Shown here: positions 49,471 to 59,650 of the stretch, piece by piece
Layout: each line of letters begins with the position of its first letter
Numbering within the stretch: the first letter of the stretch is position 1
NCBI GenBank assembly: GCA_963716725.1
Contig: CAVQUB010000005.1
Coordinates: forward strand, 256,001 to 320,000
DNA length: 64,000 bases
Direction of reading: 5' to 3'
Origin: an uncultured delta proteobacterium
Lineage (GTDB): Bacteria; Myxococcota_A; Polyangia; Polyangiales; Polyangiaceae
Notes under the pieces: model-generated
The model's database searches: none
Told to the model about the DNA's origin: nothing
The model's input: only the letters and a program-made list of their open reading frames with translations
Position numbers and translations under genes: made by a program

Positions 49471-50229
49471 ATGACCAGTGAAGCCCAGTCCGCCCATACC
49501 CTGCCACTCGAGAGCCGTTCGGAGGTGGCTGAAGGAACCCTGGAGTTCAGCTTCGACAAACCCGAGGGCATGACGTTCAAGGCTGGTCAGTTCGTGGATC
49601 TCACCTTGCTCGATCCATCGGAGACCGATGATGAAGGCAACACGCGAGCTTTTTCGATCAACAGCGGGCCGGATGATCCCCAGCTGATCTTCGCCACGCG
49701 CTTGCGAGACACCGCGTTCAAGCGCGTGCTCAGAGCGATGCCCCTCGGCACCAAGGTCAAGATCGAGGGACCGTTCGGCAACCTGACGCTGCACAACAAC
49801 GTGAGCCGACCCGCGGTCCTGCTAGCGGGCGGCATCGGTATCACCCCGTTCCGCAGCATCGCACGACGAGCGGCGCATGAGAGGCTGCCGCACCGTATCT
49901 TCCTCTTCTACGGCAACAAGCGGCCAGAGGACGCGCCCTTCCTCGACGAGTTCGTTGGCCTCGAGCGGGCGAACCCGAATTTCAAGTTCATCCCGACGAT
50001 GGATCAAATGAGCGAATCGCAGCGGTCGTGGCAGGGCGAGACTGGCCGTATCGGTCACGAGCTCATCGCGAAGTATCTGAAGCAGGGCTCCTCGTCGGAC
50101 AAGGAGGTGTCCCAGCCCATCTACTACATGGCAGGGCCTCCGGCGATGATCGCGGCTCTCCGAGCCATGCTGAACGAGGCGGGCGTCGACGACGATGAGA
50201 TCCGCACCGAGGAGTTTACTGGCTACTAG
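49471..50229 (+). CDS. FNR-like FAD/NAD(P)-binding oxidoreductase
   Basis: FKAGQF, RAFSI, GPFG, LAGGIGITPF, LFYGN, YMAGPP, EEFTGY. Confidence 0.92.
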   Translation: MTSEAQSAHTLPLESRSEVAEGTLEFSFDKPEGMTFKAGQFVDLTLLDPSETDDEGNTRAFSINSGPDDPQLIFATRLRDTAFKRVLRAMPLGTKVKIEGPFGNLTLHNNVSRPAVLLAGGIGITPFRSIARRAAHERLPHRIFLFYGNKRPEDAPFLDEFVGLERANPNFKFIPTMDQMSESQRSWQGETGRIGHELIAKYLKQGSSSDKEVSQPIYYMAGPPAMIAALRAMLNEAGVDDDEIRTEEFTGY

Positions 50230-50265
50230 ATCGCAGCCAGAAATACCCGAAAGAAGGGAGAGCTC

Positions 50266-50547
50266 ACGTCGATACGCAAAGCACATGCACGGTGGGAAGG
50301 GAGCCTGAAGGCAGGAACAGGTCGGGTGGATTTCGGAAGTGGAGCGTTCGACGCCGCGTACTCCTTCGCGTCAGGCCTCGAGCAAGGTGCTGGCACCAAT
50401 CCCGAAGAGCTCTTGGGCGCTGCCCATGCCGGCTGCTTCGACATGGCGCTGTCATTGGTCCTGGGGCAGGCGGGCTTCGAACCGGAGTACATCGAAGCGA
50501 CTGCGCGCTGCTGCGTGAGGGCGACCTTCGCATGGTCGTTGTCGTGA
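50266..50547 (+). pseudogene. osmC: OsmC peroxiredoxin, truncated
   Basis: RKAHARWEGSLKAGTG and TNPEELLGAAHAGCF are present. The expected start after the RBS is ACG, and the C-terminal half with the second Cys is absent. Confidence 0.82.
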
Positions 50548-50722
50548 TGAAGGCCGGCGCTCGCATGGCCGAGCTATTGCGCCAACGAAACCGTCGCCAT
50601 CCACGGGCTCAGCGGACACCTGAAGCTTCACTGTCCGGACAAGACGACGGACTTACGCGGACGGGTGATTGGTCCGAAGCGCGGCGGTCTGTGCCGCGCT
50701 CGGTCCGTCGCGGCACGTCGTG

Positions 50723-51196
50723 TCAGGACCCTTTGTGCGTGCGCATCTCCGCGAGGAACTCCGCTGCACCTTTGGCCGGTTCGAAGAACAGATCGCCCGA
50801 GGGCTTGAACTTCTTCACGGTGACAATGACCGTATTCGCGTTCTCCGCATCGACTTCGAACTTCGAGATGCTGGTCCAAGGGATCTCGTGGCACACGAGC
50901 CTGCCGAGCTTGCGCTTCTTGCCGATGGCCGTACCGGCACCGATCGCCAGTGAGATCCCCGCGCCAAGAATGGCGTAGTACGCCCAATCCGGCGGGCTCA
51001 GCACCATCTTGATGCCCAGCGCGCCGACGAAGAACGCGGCGAACAAGAGCCAATAGATCCCGGCCACGGAAGCGGATTCGGTGCCCCTGACCTTCAATCC
51101 CCCGGCGCTGACCCCGCAGCTGCCGTCGCCGGCGATCTCGATGGGCGGGCGCACCTTGCCGATGGCGGGAGGGACGAACTTGCCGTGGAAGTCGAT
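50723..51196 (-). CDS. Hypothetical two-TM membrane protein, start uncertain
   Basis: Coding-like frame extends to ATC at 51196 behind a TATAGT box; first canonical start is GTG at 51154; two hydrophobic segments. Confidence 0.6.
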   Translation of the reverse strand: MDFHGKFVPPAIGKVRPPIEIAGDGSCGVSAGGLKVRGTESASVAGIYWLLFAAFFVGALGIKMVLSPPDWAYYAILGAGISLAIGAGTAIGKKRKLGRLVCHEIPWTSISKFEVDAENANTVIVTVKKFKPSGDLFFEPAKGAAEFLAEMRTHKGS

Positions 51197-51284
51197 GCGG
51201 GCCGACTATACCGCCAACTTCAGCTTGCCGCGCCCGAGCTTTCCGCCGGTGACCTGCGGTGAACCCTTCTCGTGGGACGCCGCA

Positions 51285-51806
51285 CTAGTCCAATCTGATC
51301 TTCAAACCCAGATCGCTCTGCATCACCAGCAGCGCTTCGGCGTTGCCGCGGGCGTCGTCGAGGGGATCGTGGGTGTGGCGCGTCTTGCGCAGGTGCTTGA
51401 AGTTCTGGAACGTGTCGCGCACCAGTCCTTTGTACAGCGACCCCAGATTCTGGGAGCTGAAGCCAAAGGGGTTTTCGCCGGCAAAGTGGTGGAAGTACCA
51501 GTTGATGAACTACCAGTCGAAGCCGTTGTTGTCGGCGATGAACACACGCCGCGTCGGGCAATGTTCTTGCACCCATGCGGCGAAGGCCTCCATCACGGCT
51601 TTCGGCTCGTCGAACTCCAGGGTTTGCTCGCGAGTGAAGCCGCTGACGGCGAGTGCTTCTGGTACCCACTGCTCGGAGATCGGACGCAGCCGCCCATAGA
51701 AGGTCCGATCCAAGGCGGGTTCCACAATCACGGCCCCGAAGCACACCATCGAGTAGTCGCCGGGGATCGGCCCGTCGGCTTCGATGTCCACCATCACGTA
51801 GCTCAT
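51285..51806 (-). pseudogene. DEDDh 3'-5' exonuclease (RNase AS-like) with an internal TAG
   Basis: VMVDIEADGP, DNNGFDW*FINWYF and THDPLDDARGNA in one frame; in-frame TAG at 51510-51512. Confidence 0.85.
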
Positions 51807-52356
51807 GAAGCCGCACGCTAACCCTTTCTTACGAACTCCGGTGGGCGTCTTGGCGTTGGGCGTCTTGTGGCTCGGAGCGTGCGAGTCGCCGAACCCGACC
51901 CAGAACCGCAGTCGCCAGCCCGTCCCGTCAACCAAGCCAAACGCCATGCACGAAACGCAGAACAATCCGGCCCGGGATCGCGTGCGGGCGCTGTTGCAAA
52001 AGGCGGTGATCGAGCTGGCGGAGCACTATCAGGAAACTTCGCTGTCGAGGGCGGTGCAGTTGCCCAGCGCGCAGGCGGTGCCCGAGCTGTTGGCGATTCT
52101 GCAAAGCGGCAGGTCTGGGGGAGGGGCGCACTCAGGCATGCTGAAGTTGTATTCGTCTGTGGGTCTTGCGATTCACGGGCGGGGTGACGGCGCGGAGTTC
52201 TTGCGCGACCCGAACGCGGTCTACCAGACGAACTCTGACGTCGAGCGAATCCACGCTTTCGGCGCTCTGCGCCTGCTTGACATCGATGCGCCCGAGCCGG
52301 AGGGCGTCGGAGCGGGGGTGGCCGCGGAGCTCTGGCAGGCGATCCAAGCGCTTTAG
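51805..52356 (+). CDS. Hypothetical lipoprotein (true start probably downstream of 51805)
   Basis: LWLGAC lipobox and helical body; the annotated ATG overlaps the divergent exonuclease ATG. Confidence 0.45.
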   Translation: MKPHANPFLRTPVGVLALGVLWLGACESPNPTQNRSRQPVPSTKPNAMHETQNNPARDRVRALLQKAVIELAEHYQETSLSRAVQLPSAQAVPELLAILQSGRSGGGAHSGMLKLYSSVGLAIHGRGDGAEFLRDPNAVYQTNSDVERIHAFGALRLLDIDAPEPEGVGAGVAAELWQAIQAL

Positions 52357-52468
52357 GCGCATTTCCGAGGCGGGGGGTCGGGCGTGCGTCAAAGCCTTAA
52401 CGCCCCCGCACCCCGCGGCATGACCGGATCGAGCCGCCCAATTGCGGCCAAAGGAGACGATTCGATCC

Positions 52469-52930
52469 ATGCGCCCATTGTTCATGTCTGCCGCTCTCGC
52501 CCTCAGCCTGATTGCCGCCCCCGCCTTCGCGGAGGGCAACAACGACGCCAAGCCTCCCGCGGGCGAGGCCGCCCACAAGAAGGGCGAGAAGCGCGAAGCG
52601 CGCATGGTCGAGCGGATGAAGAAGCAGGGCTTGACCGAAGCCAAGGCCAAGCGGGTCGTGACCACGGTCAAGAAGTATCGGGGCGAGCTCCGCGTCATCA
52701 ACCAAGAGCGCAAGTCGCACCGGGCCGCGCTGAAGAAGGATCCCAACGACGCCAAGGCCAAGCAGGGTCTGGCCGACGCGCGCAGTCGCGTGCAGGCGGT
52801 GCGCGGGCGTCAGAAGGCGGAGATCGCGAAGTTCCTGACGGCGGCCGAGCAGGCCAAGGTCGAGAAGATCATTCGCCGGGGCCCCAGGGCCGGCAAGGGC
52901 GGCAAGCAGAACAAGAAACAAAGCGCCTGA
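52469..52930 (+). CDS. Basic helical periplasmic protein (Spy/CpxP-like)
   Basis: AAGGAG RBS, signal peptide ending AFA, GLTEAKA and FLTAAEQ (LTxxQ-like) motifs. Confidence 0.68.
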   Translation: MRPLFMSAALALSLIAAPAFAEGNNDAKPPAGEAAHKKGEKREARMVERMKKQGLTEAKAKRVVTTVKKYRGELRVINQERKSHRAALKKDPNDAKAKQGLADARSRVQAVRGRQKAEIAKFLTAAEQAKVEKIIRRGPRAGKGGKQNKKQSA

Positions 52931-52994
52931 CGCCTGCGACGCCGAGCGCCGGTCGGTGAGCCTCCCGGGCCGCCGAGCGGCGCTCGAGGCAGTC

Positions 52995-53735
52995 TCAACG
53001 TGTGATCTCGATGGCGCCCGTCGCGGTCGAGAGTTGTTCGTAGAGCGGCACATCGAAGGTGAGTTCGTACTTCCCCGGTCGCAGCAGCGCGGACTGCGTT
53101 TTCTTGCACGCGGCGTCCAGCCCGCGCTCTCGAGCGTGCACCTCGAGGGGCATGAACACTTGCCCGCCGGGAGGCAGGGCGATGCGAACCAGTGGCCTGG
53201 CGCAGCGCGCCGTCTGATCACACCAGTTCGACCAGCCCACGATGGCCTCTTCGCCCGCGGGCAGCAGGAACGTCTTGGACTGTGCGGTCGCTTTCGCGCG
53301 GAAGCCCCGCGCGGGATCGCAGTTGAGGGCGAAGTCGAAAGTGACGACCTTCTTGCTCACGTTGGTCCCCGTCACGCGGATGGTCGAAGAACCTGCGGAG
53401 GCGAGGGTCACGTTGGCAGGCGCGGTCGCCCAAGCGAGCGCGCCCACCGGGGGCGGCTTGCCTTCGGGTGCGGCACGGCAAGCGTTTCGAGCGATCAGCG
53501 CGGACAGGTCGAGTGCTGTTCCGAAGCAGTCGGCTGGCATGTCCGTGGGGCGCTGGGCCTCGGGTTCGGCCGCTGGCGTCGTCGTCGTGGTCCCGGTGCC
53601 TGCGGGCGGGCTGACTTCGGGTGTGCTCGGGACGCTCGCCCCATTGGGATCAGACGAGGTCGCCCCGCTCGTGGTCGGTGGCAGCGGGGCAGCGCAAGAC
53701 AGGACGAAGCACGCGAGAAGGGTGGCACGGCGCAT
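52995..53735 (-). CDS. Hypothetical lipoprotein
   Basis: FVLSC lipobox, Thr/Pro linker, beta-rich domain ending LRPGKYEL. Confidence 0.7.
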   Translation of the reverse strand: MRRATLLACFVLSCAAPLPPTTSGATSSDPNGASVPSTPEVSPPAGTGTTTTTPAAEPEAQRPTDMPADCFGTALDLSALIARNACRAAPEGKPPPVGALAWATAPANVTLASAGSSTIRVTGTNVSKKVVTFDFALNCDPARGFRAKATAQSKTFLLPAGEEAIVGWSNWCDQTARCARPLVRIALPPGGQVFMPLEVHARERGLDAACKKTQSALLRPGKYELTFDVPLYEQLSTATGAIEITR

Positions 53736-53846
53736 GGGCGCATCCTAGCCGAGGCGCTCGCGCGGCGGGGCCAGAGCGATTCTGGATCGCATGCCCGAGC
53801 GGCGAGGAGCAGAGTGCAGCCTGGATTCGCCCGAGCCCACGGACGC

Positions 53847-55001
53847 TCAATACGACGCACTGGTCGCGCTGCACTGCTTGGTCGCGCTCTCGGCGACCAT
53901 CAGCCGTGCTCCAGCGTCCAGTTGGAGCCACGGATTGAACAGCGAGATATGCCTGAGCCCCGCGAGGAGCGGTTCGTCCTGCCGTCCGTCCTTTTCGTCA
54001 CGTAGGACGAAGGGCGTGCCCCTCCGGATCGTGCCGATGCGCGCGCGCTCACCGCCAAGCACTCCGAACAGCTCGACGTCCGCCTCGCAGCGGCGCGCCG
54101 AAACCTGCTGTCCTGCCCGCGATCCGATGCCGCCTGCGGACGCACCGCCAGGGAAGCCCCGCACGCTCGGGGTCCAAGTGAGGTCGCGCGTCGCCATCCA
54201 ACCGACGATCCAATAGTCGAGTCCGGCGAGCAGCACCCGCGTCGCCCCCGCCTTTCGGGCGAGGACCTCGGCTTCGACTTGCTCGACCAGGCGCGCGACC
54301 GGCTTGCCGCCGGCTTCGAGGGCGAACTCGGCGCCGTCTCGAACCACCCACTGTTTCGGCAGCTGCTTCTGGCGGGTGATCGACGCCCTCCCGTCGAATT
54401 TGCCCGCCGTGATCACGAGCGCATCGCACGCGAGGGAGTCCTCGACGCGTTCGGGTGGCCGCAATACGTCCCTCGCGTCGACGCCGACGCGAAGCTTGCC
54501 CGACTCTCCCCCGAGCCAATCGAGTGACCGGGACGCCGCGGGGATCAGAAACCCCGACAGCCGTGCGGCCGCCCGCGTGTAGATCGGCGTCTCTGGCGCC
54601 TGGATCACGAGTCGGATCTCGACTTGCCCGTCGTCGAGCACGGCGACGGCGCGCTTGGGCGGCGAATCCAACCCGAAAACCAGCGTTACCGGCGCGCTCA
54701 CCGCTGCAGCGAAGACCTTGCCCGAGGTGCGCAAACGCAGCCCGTCGAAGCTCCAGCTCTTGTCCTGCAAACGGCAGGCGAAGGCCTTCGGTTCCTGGGG
54801 ATCGGTGTCTTCGGGCGGCGGACCAAGAGCGCGGGCGGGTTCGGGCTCCGCGCTCGGAGCGGGCACCACGAGGGCTCTGGCGCTTGGCGGGGTCGGTGGC
54901 TCCGATCTGGATGCGGGCGCGATTGCTCCGGGGGAACAACTCGCGATCAGCAGGCCGAGCCCGGCCGCGCGTCGGCAGATGCTGGAAGGTCGGTGTGCCA
55001 T
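53847..55001 (-). CDS. Hypothetical lipoprotein
   Basis: LIASC lipobox, Pro linker, beta-rich body; long ORF. Confidence 0.62.
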   Translation of the reverse strand: MAHRPSSICRRAAGLGLLIASCSPGAIAPASRSEPPTPPSARALVVPAPSAEPEPARALGPPPEDTDPQEPKAFACRLQDKSWSFDGLRLRTSGKVFAAAVSAPVTLVFGLDSPPKRAVAVLDDGQVEIRLVIQAPETPIYTRAAARLSGFLIPAASRSLDWLGGESGKLRVGVDARDVLRPPERVEDSLACDALVITAGKFDGRASITRQKQLPKQWVVRDGAEFALEAGGKPVARLVEQVEAEVLARKAGATRVLLAGLDYWIVGWMATRDLTWTPSVRGFPGGASAGGIGSRAGQQVSARRCEADVELFGVLGGERARIGTIRRGTPFVLRDEKDGRQDEPLLAGLRHISLFNPWLQLDAGARLMVAESATKQCSATSASY

Positions 55002-55020
55002 CGGATTGCGAGGACGCCGC

Positions 55021-55566
55021 TCAGGTCGGCGACGCCCGGGCCGTCGCGGTCGCGGCGGGGCGGGCTTCCTCGAAGGGCGAGGGGAGCGACGTCGGCTTCG
55101 CGGAGCGGATCAGGCCCAGGGCGAGGGCCACCGAGGCGCACAGGAACATCATTCGAAACTCGGGGGACCAGCTCTCGGTCCAGCGATCGAAGCCGGCGCT
55201 GATCCGACCGGGCCACGACCGCAGCCGGTCGACCCACTCGAGGTCCCGGGCGTCGAGCCGGATGTGGGATGCATCGACCGTGGGCGCGTAGCGGATCCCC
55301 CGCTCGCCCGCTTCGAATCCCTCGTCGCGATCGGCGCGCAGCCGGTCATAGACCGCACGCCGCGCGGGGTCCGTCAGGACGCCGGCAGCGACGTTGATCT
55401 GGGCCATCCGCCGCTCCGCCCGGCTCATGTCCTTCGGGTTCAGGTCGGGATGACTGATCGAGGCGAGCCGCCGGTAGGCTCTGCGTATTTGCTCAGGGGT
55501 CGAGCTGCGAGGCACCCGCAAGACCGCATACAAGTCGATGTCCACGAGCGCCCGTTCGAACCGCAT
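55021..55566 (-). CDS. J-domain (DnaJ class C) protein with C-terminal TM segment
   Basis: DLYAVLRV...IRRAYRRLA..SHPDLN...INVAAGVLTDPARRAVYD. Confidence 0.85.
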   Translation of the reverse strand: MRFERALVDIDLYAVLRVPRSSTPEQIRRAYRRLASISHPDLNPKDMSRAERRMAQINVAAGVLTDPARRAVYDRLRADRDEGFEAGERGIRYAPTVDASHIRLDARDLEWVDRLRSWPGRISAGFDRWTESWSPEFRMMFLCASVALALGLIRSAKPTSLPSPFEEARPAATATARASPT

Positions 55567-55688
55567 GCGAACCTCCCGGCAGATTAGAGGCCTGACAGCG
55601 CCCCGTCCAAGAAGTTCCACGAGCCCCAAATTTCTCCGCCCGAACCCTCCGCCGCGGCCCGTGGCTCCTACCGGCAGGAGACACCCAC

Positions 55689-56066
55689 ATGCCCACCACC
55701 GAGCTCGGCGCTGCCACTTTCGAGGCCACCATCAAAGACAACTCCATCGTGTTCATTGACTGGTGGGCGTCGTGGTGCGGCCCCTGCCGGGCGTTTGCCC
55801 CGATCTACGAGCGGCTGGCCGCGAAGCACACCGACATCGTCTGGGGCAAGGTCGACACGGACGCCGAGCAGGATCTCGCGAGCGGGTTCGCGATCCGATC
55901 CATCCCCACTCTGATGGTATTTCGGGACGGAGTTCTGATCTTCGAGCAACCCGGAATGATGAGCGCGGTGGCCCTGGACGGCCTGGTCGAGAAGGTGCGC
56001 GCCCTCGACATGGCCGAGGTGAAGCGTCGCATCGCCGAGCAGCACGGCCAGCACGCGCCACACTGA
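55689..56066 (+). CDS. trxA: Thioredoxin
   Basis: WASWCGPC, IRSIPTLM; AGGAG RBS. Confidence 0.95.
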   Translation: MPTTELGAATFEATIKDNSIVFIDWWASWCGPCRAFAPIYERLAAKHTDIVWGKVDTDAEQDLASGFAIRSIPTLMVFRDGVLIFEQPGMMSAVALDGLVEKVRALDMAEVKRRIAEQHGQHAPH

Positions 56067-56113
56067 GAACCGGGCTTGCCAAGCTCGGGCCGGTTCACCA
56101 CGATGGCCGCGCC

Positions 56114-56731
56114 ATGCTGCTGCGCGTCCTTGGTTCAGGCCTCCTGCTCGTCGCTTGCGAGAAGAGCCCGGCACCGGTCCCGTCGGTCGCTAGCGCCAGC
56201 GCACTGCCGGCGGTGAGCAGCGGCCTGCCGTCGCCGACCTCCGTCACCCACGGTAGCGCCAAAGAGATTGGTCTGACCTGGACGGAGCCCTCGACTTGGA
56301 AGAAGCTGGCGCCGACCTCGCCGATGCGCAACGCGAGCTACGAGGTCCCGCCGGCGGCCGGTGACGCAGAGCCGGGCGACCTCGGAGTCTTCTACTTCGG
56401 GGCCGACAAAGGCGGGGCTGCGGACAAGAACGTGCAGCGTTGGATCGACTCCTTCGAGGGCATCAAACCCGAGCAGGTGATCCGGAACGAACGCAAGGCC
56501 AACGGTCTGTCCCAGCGCGTCGTCGAGATCCCCGCCGGGACCTACAAGAGCGGCATGCCCGGTGGACCCACGACTCCGAAGCCCGGCTTCGCGCTGATCG
56601 GGGTGATCGTGGAGAGCCCGCGCGGAAGTCACTTCTTCAAGCTGGTGGGACCCAAGGCAACGGTCGCGCAGGCCAAGAAGCCCTTCTTCGAGCTGCTCGA
56701 CTCCGTCAAGGCCAAGGCGGCGCCGCCATGA
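56114..56731 (+). CDS. Hypothetical lipoprotein (PsbP/DcrB-like fold possible)
   Basis: LLVAC lipobox; PSTW, SPMR, NVQRW..F, FFKLVGP. Confidence 0.72.
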   Translation: MLLRVLGSGLLLVACEKSPAPVPSVASASALPAVSSGLPSPTSVTHGSAKEIGLTWTEPSTWKKLAPTSPMRNASYEVPPAAGDAEPGDLGVFYFGADKGGAADKNVQRWIDSFEGIKPEQVIRNERKANGLSQRVVEIPAGTYKSGMPGGPTTPKPGFALIGVIVESPRGSHFFKLVGPKATVAQAKKPFFELLDSVKAKAAPP

Positions 56732-57597
56732 GTAGGCGCAAGCTCTGGGCCATCGCCGGAAATACCCAGCGTCTCGACGGGGGCGCGATGTTCGGCAACG
56801 CGCCGCGCGTGGTCTGGGAGCGATGGATCGCGCCCGACGAACAAAACCGCATTCCGCTCGCCTGCCGGGCGCTCTTGATCGTGGAGCCCTCGGGCCGAAA
56901 GGTGCTGCTCGAGACCGGGATCGGCGCCTTCTTCCCACCCAAGCTTCGGGCGCGCTTTGGCGTGGAGTCGTCCGAACACGTGCTGCTTGGCGAGCTCGAA
57001 CGCGCCGGCGTTCCGCATGCGGAGATCGACGTAGTCGTGCTCTCGCACCTGCACTTCGACCATGCCGGTGGTTTGCTTGCCGCTTTCAGCGACGGAACGC
57101 CGCCAGCCCTCGTGTTCCCGAAGGCTCGCTTCGTGGTTGGGCGAGTGGCCTTCGAGCGATCCCGACGCCCCCACCTGCGAGACCGCGCGTCGTTCATCCC
57201 CGAGTTGCCGGATCTGCTCGAAGGCAGCGGCCGACTCGAGCTGGTGGACGGCGAGCGATCGGAGTTGCTCGGCGCTGACTATCGCTTCCACTACTCGGAT
57301 GGGCACACGCCGGGGCTGCTCCTGACCGAGCTTGCGAGCGACGACGGCCCCATCCTGTTCGCGGGGGACTTGGTGCCGGGGGTTGCTTGGGTCCACCTGC
57401 CCATCACCATGGGCTACGATCGCAACGCCGAGCAGTTGATCGACGAGAAATCCCGCTTGTTGTCGGATCTCGCCGCGCGTGGCGGCCGCTTGTTCTTCAC
57501 TCACGATCCGACGCTCGCCATCGCGAAGGTCGTGCTCTCGGGCGACCGCATGATCGCCGTGGACGGCCAGGAGCGCGTCGCCGGCATGGAGGCTTGA
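56728..57597 (+). CDS. MBL-fold metallo-hydrolase (YtnP-like)
   Basis: [35 protein letters not shown]. Confidence 0.93.
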   Translation: MSRRKLWAIAGNTQRLDGGAMFGNAPRVVWERWIAPDEQNRIPLACRALLIVEPSGRKVLLETGIGAFFPPKLRARFGVESSEHVLLGELERAGVPHAEIDVVVLSHLHFDHAGGLLAAFSDGTPPALVFPKARFVVGRVAFERSRRPHLRDRASFIPELPDLLEGSGRLELVDGERSELLGADYRFHYSDGHTPGLLLTELASDDGPILFAGDLVPGVAWVHLPITMGYDRNAEQLIDEKSRLLSDLAARGGRLFFTHDPTLAIAKVVLSGDRMIAVDGQERVAGMEA

Positions 57598-57668
57598 GCC
57601 GCGGGAATTCCTGAGGAATAGCCGCTGCCGATTGACGCCAGCGGTTCCAAAGGTAATGCGCGTCTCTC

Positions 57669-58700
57669 ATGCCCAACGCCTACATCTCGGGGACCGGCTT
57701 CTATGTTCCGCCCAAGGTCGTGACGAACGACCTCTTGTCGAAGGAGTACGGCATCGACACCACCCACGAGTGGATCGTGCAGCGCACCGGCATCGAGGAG
57801 CGGCGTTTTGCCGAAGAAGGCGTCGGCACCAGCGACTTGGCCGTGCCGGCGGCGCGGCAGGCCATCGAGCGTGCCGGACTGACGCCGCGGGATCTCGACA
57901 TGATCATCTTCGCGACGCTGTCGCCGGATCACGCGTTTCCGGGGTCGGGCGTGTATCTCCAGCAGAAGCTCGGTCTGTGTGATGGCGACTCGCCGAAGTT
58001 CGTGCCGGCCCTCGACGTGCGCAATCAGTGCTCGGGCTTCCTCTACTCGCTGACCGTGGCTTCATCAATGGTGCAGGCGGGCACCGCGAAGCACGTGCTG
58101 GTCGTGGGTGCGGAGACTCACTCGGCGGCGCTCGACCTGTCGGCAAAGGGCAGGACGGTCGCCTCGTTGTTCGGCGACGGTGCCGGCGCGGTGGTCGTGA
58201 GCACCACCGATGAAGATCGGGGGATCCGCGGCACCTACCTCGGTGCTGACGGCCGCTTTGCCGACGTGCTCTCGCAGCGCGTGTGGGACATCAAGAAGCG
58301 CCCCTTCGTGAAGCTGGACGAAAATGGCGTTGGTCAGGTCCCGCCCGACGACCTGTGGGCCCGCATGGACGGCAAGCAGGTGTTTCGTAACGCGGTCGAA
58401 CGCATGATCGGCGTCTTGATGCAGGCCTGTGCCGATCAAGGTCTGACCCGGGACGACATCGACCTTTTCTTCTTCCATCAAGCCAACCTGCGCATCAACC
58501 AGTACATCGCTCAGCAGATCGGCATCACGGAAGACAAGCTGGTTTCGAACATCCAGCGCTACGGCAACACCACCGCGGCGACGATCCCCATTTTGCTCGC
58601 GGAGGCCGAGCAGAGCGGTCGCCTGAAACGGGGCATGAAGGTCGCGATGGTGGCGTTCGGCTCGGGTTTCACCTGGGGCGCTGCCATCGTCGATTGGTGA
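57669..58700 (+). CDS. fabH: 3-oxoacyl-ACP synthase III
   Basis: WIVQRTGI, NQCSGF, FGDGAGA, HQANLRI, GNTTAA, AFGSGFTWG. Confidence 0.95.
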   Translation: MPNAYISGTGFYVPPKVVTNDLLSKEYGIDTTHEWIVQRTGIEERRFAEEGVGTSDLAVPAARQAIERAGLTPRDLDMIIFATLSPDHAFPGSGVYLQQKLGLCDGDSPKFVPALDVRNQCSGFLYSLTVASSMVQAGTAKHVLVVGAETHSAALDLSAKGRTVASLFGDGAGAVVVSTTDEDRGIRGTYLGADGRFADVLSQRVWDIKKRPFVKLDENGVGQVPPDDLWARMDGKQVFRNAVERMIGVLMQACADQGLTRDDIDLFFFHQANLRINQYIAQQIGITEDKLVSNIQRYGNTTAATIPILLAEAEQSGRLKRGMKVAMVAFGSGFTWGAAIVDW

Positions 58701-58768
58701 CGGCCGAAGTTGGGGTCGCGGAGATGGCCCAGTCGAGCTAAGCTTTCTGCCTGCGCGAAGGAGTTCTC

Positions 58769-59638
58769 ATGCGTTCGCTCACCATTGTCTTCATGGCCGG
58801 CCTCGGCGCCGTCGTCGCTTGTGGCAGCCAAAACGACTCCGGTCTCAAGGGTGGGAGCGGCGGGAGCAGCGCGAGTGGCGGCACCTCGAGCGGTGGCGCC
58901 GGTAGCGGCGGTACGTCGAGTGGTGGCACACCCGGTGGCGGAGCCGGTGGAACGACCAGTGGCGGTGGTGGGCCGAGCGGCGGCGCGCCCGGTGGCGGAG
59001 CCGGCGGAACGACCAGTGGGGGCGGTGGGCCAAGTGGCGGCGGAGCGCCCACGGGTGGCGCGCCAAGTGGCGGCGGAGCGCCCGCGGGTGGCGGGCCAAG
59101 TGGCGGCGGAGCGCCCGCCGGTGGCGGACCAAGTGGCGGCGGAGCGCCCGGTGGTGGTGGAGCGCCGCCGTCGTGCGTCGGCAAATGTGGAGACTCGAAT
59201 CCAGTGCCAGGCCCCGGTGGCTCATGCTTCTGCGACCAGCAGTGCAGCTCGACGGGCGACTGCTGCCCCGACTACGCTCAGGTCTGCGGCGGCGGCAGAA
59301 TCGCGTGCGCGGGCGACGTCTGCTCTCGCGCATCCAAGGAGTTCTGCTGCCACAGTTGGAGCAGCGGCAACGGCTGGAGTTCCGCGTGCCAGCAGGACGG
59401 CAAGAGCTGCACGGGCGCTTCGTACTGCGACGGTCCCGAGGACTGCGAGGCGGGCACGGTCTGCTGCGGTACGCTGAGCGGCAATCAGAGCTACTTCACC
59501 AGCATGACTTGCAAGGCGAGCTGCGAATACACCAGCGGTGTGCGGGTGATCTGCGGTGAGTCGAAGAAGTGTCCGTCAGGCTACGTCTGCAAGCCGTCGA
59601 GTTCCCCGCCAGGCTATTCCTACTGCGGTAAGCCCTGA
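58769..59638 (+). CDS. Gly-rich lipoprotein with somatomedin-B-like and further Cys-rich domains
   Basis: VVAC lipobox; SCVGKC...SCFCDQQCSSTGDCCPDYAQVC; CDGPEDC..G.VCC. Confidence 0.82.
   Translation: MRSLTIVFMAGLGAVVACGSQNDSGLKGGSGGSSASGGTSSGGAGSGGTSSGGTPGGGAGGTTSGGGGPSGGAPGGGAGGTTSGGGGPSGGGAPTGGAPSGGGAPAGGGPSGGGAPAGGGPSGGGAPGGGGAPPSCVGKCGDSNPVPGPGGSCFCDQQCSSTGDCCPDYAQVCGGGRIACAGDVCSRASKEFCCHSWSSGNGWSSACQQDGKSCTGASYCDGPEDCEAGTVCCGTLSGNQSYFTSMTCKASCEYTSGVRVICGESKKCPSGYVCKPSSSPPGYSYCGKP
59030..59149 (+). repeat. 33-bp in-frame tandem repeat x4 (PSGGGAPxGGx)
   Basis: CCAAGTGGCGGCGGAGCGCCC recurs at 59030, 59063, 59096 and 59129. Confidence 0.85.
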
Positions 59639-59650
59639 GCGCGCCGGCGA

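Noticed and set aside
51510..51512. Pyrrolysine or amber recoding
   Set aside because: TAG is the normal stop for several genes here (fadN, tldD, fabZ), and no pyl genes are visible.
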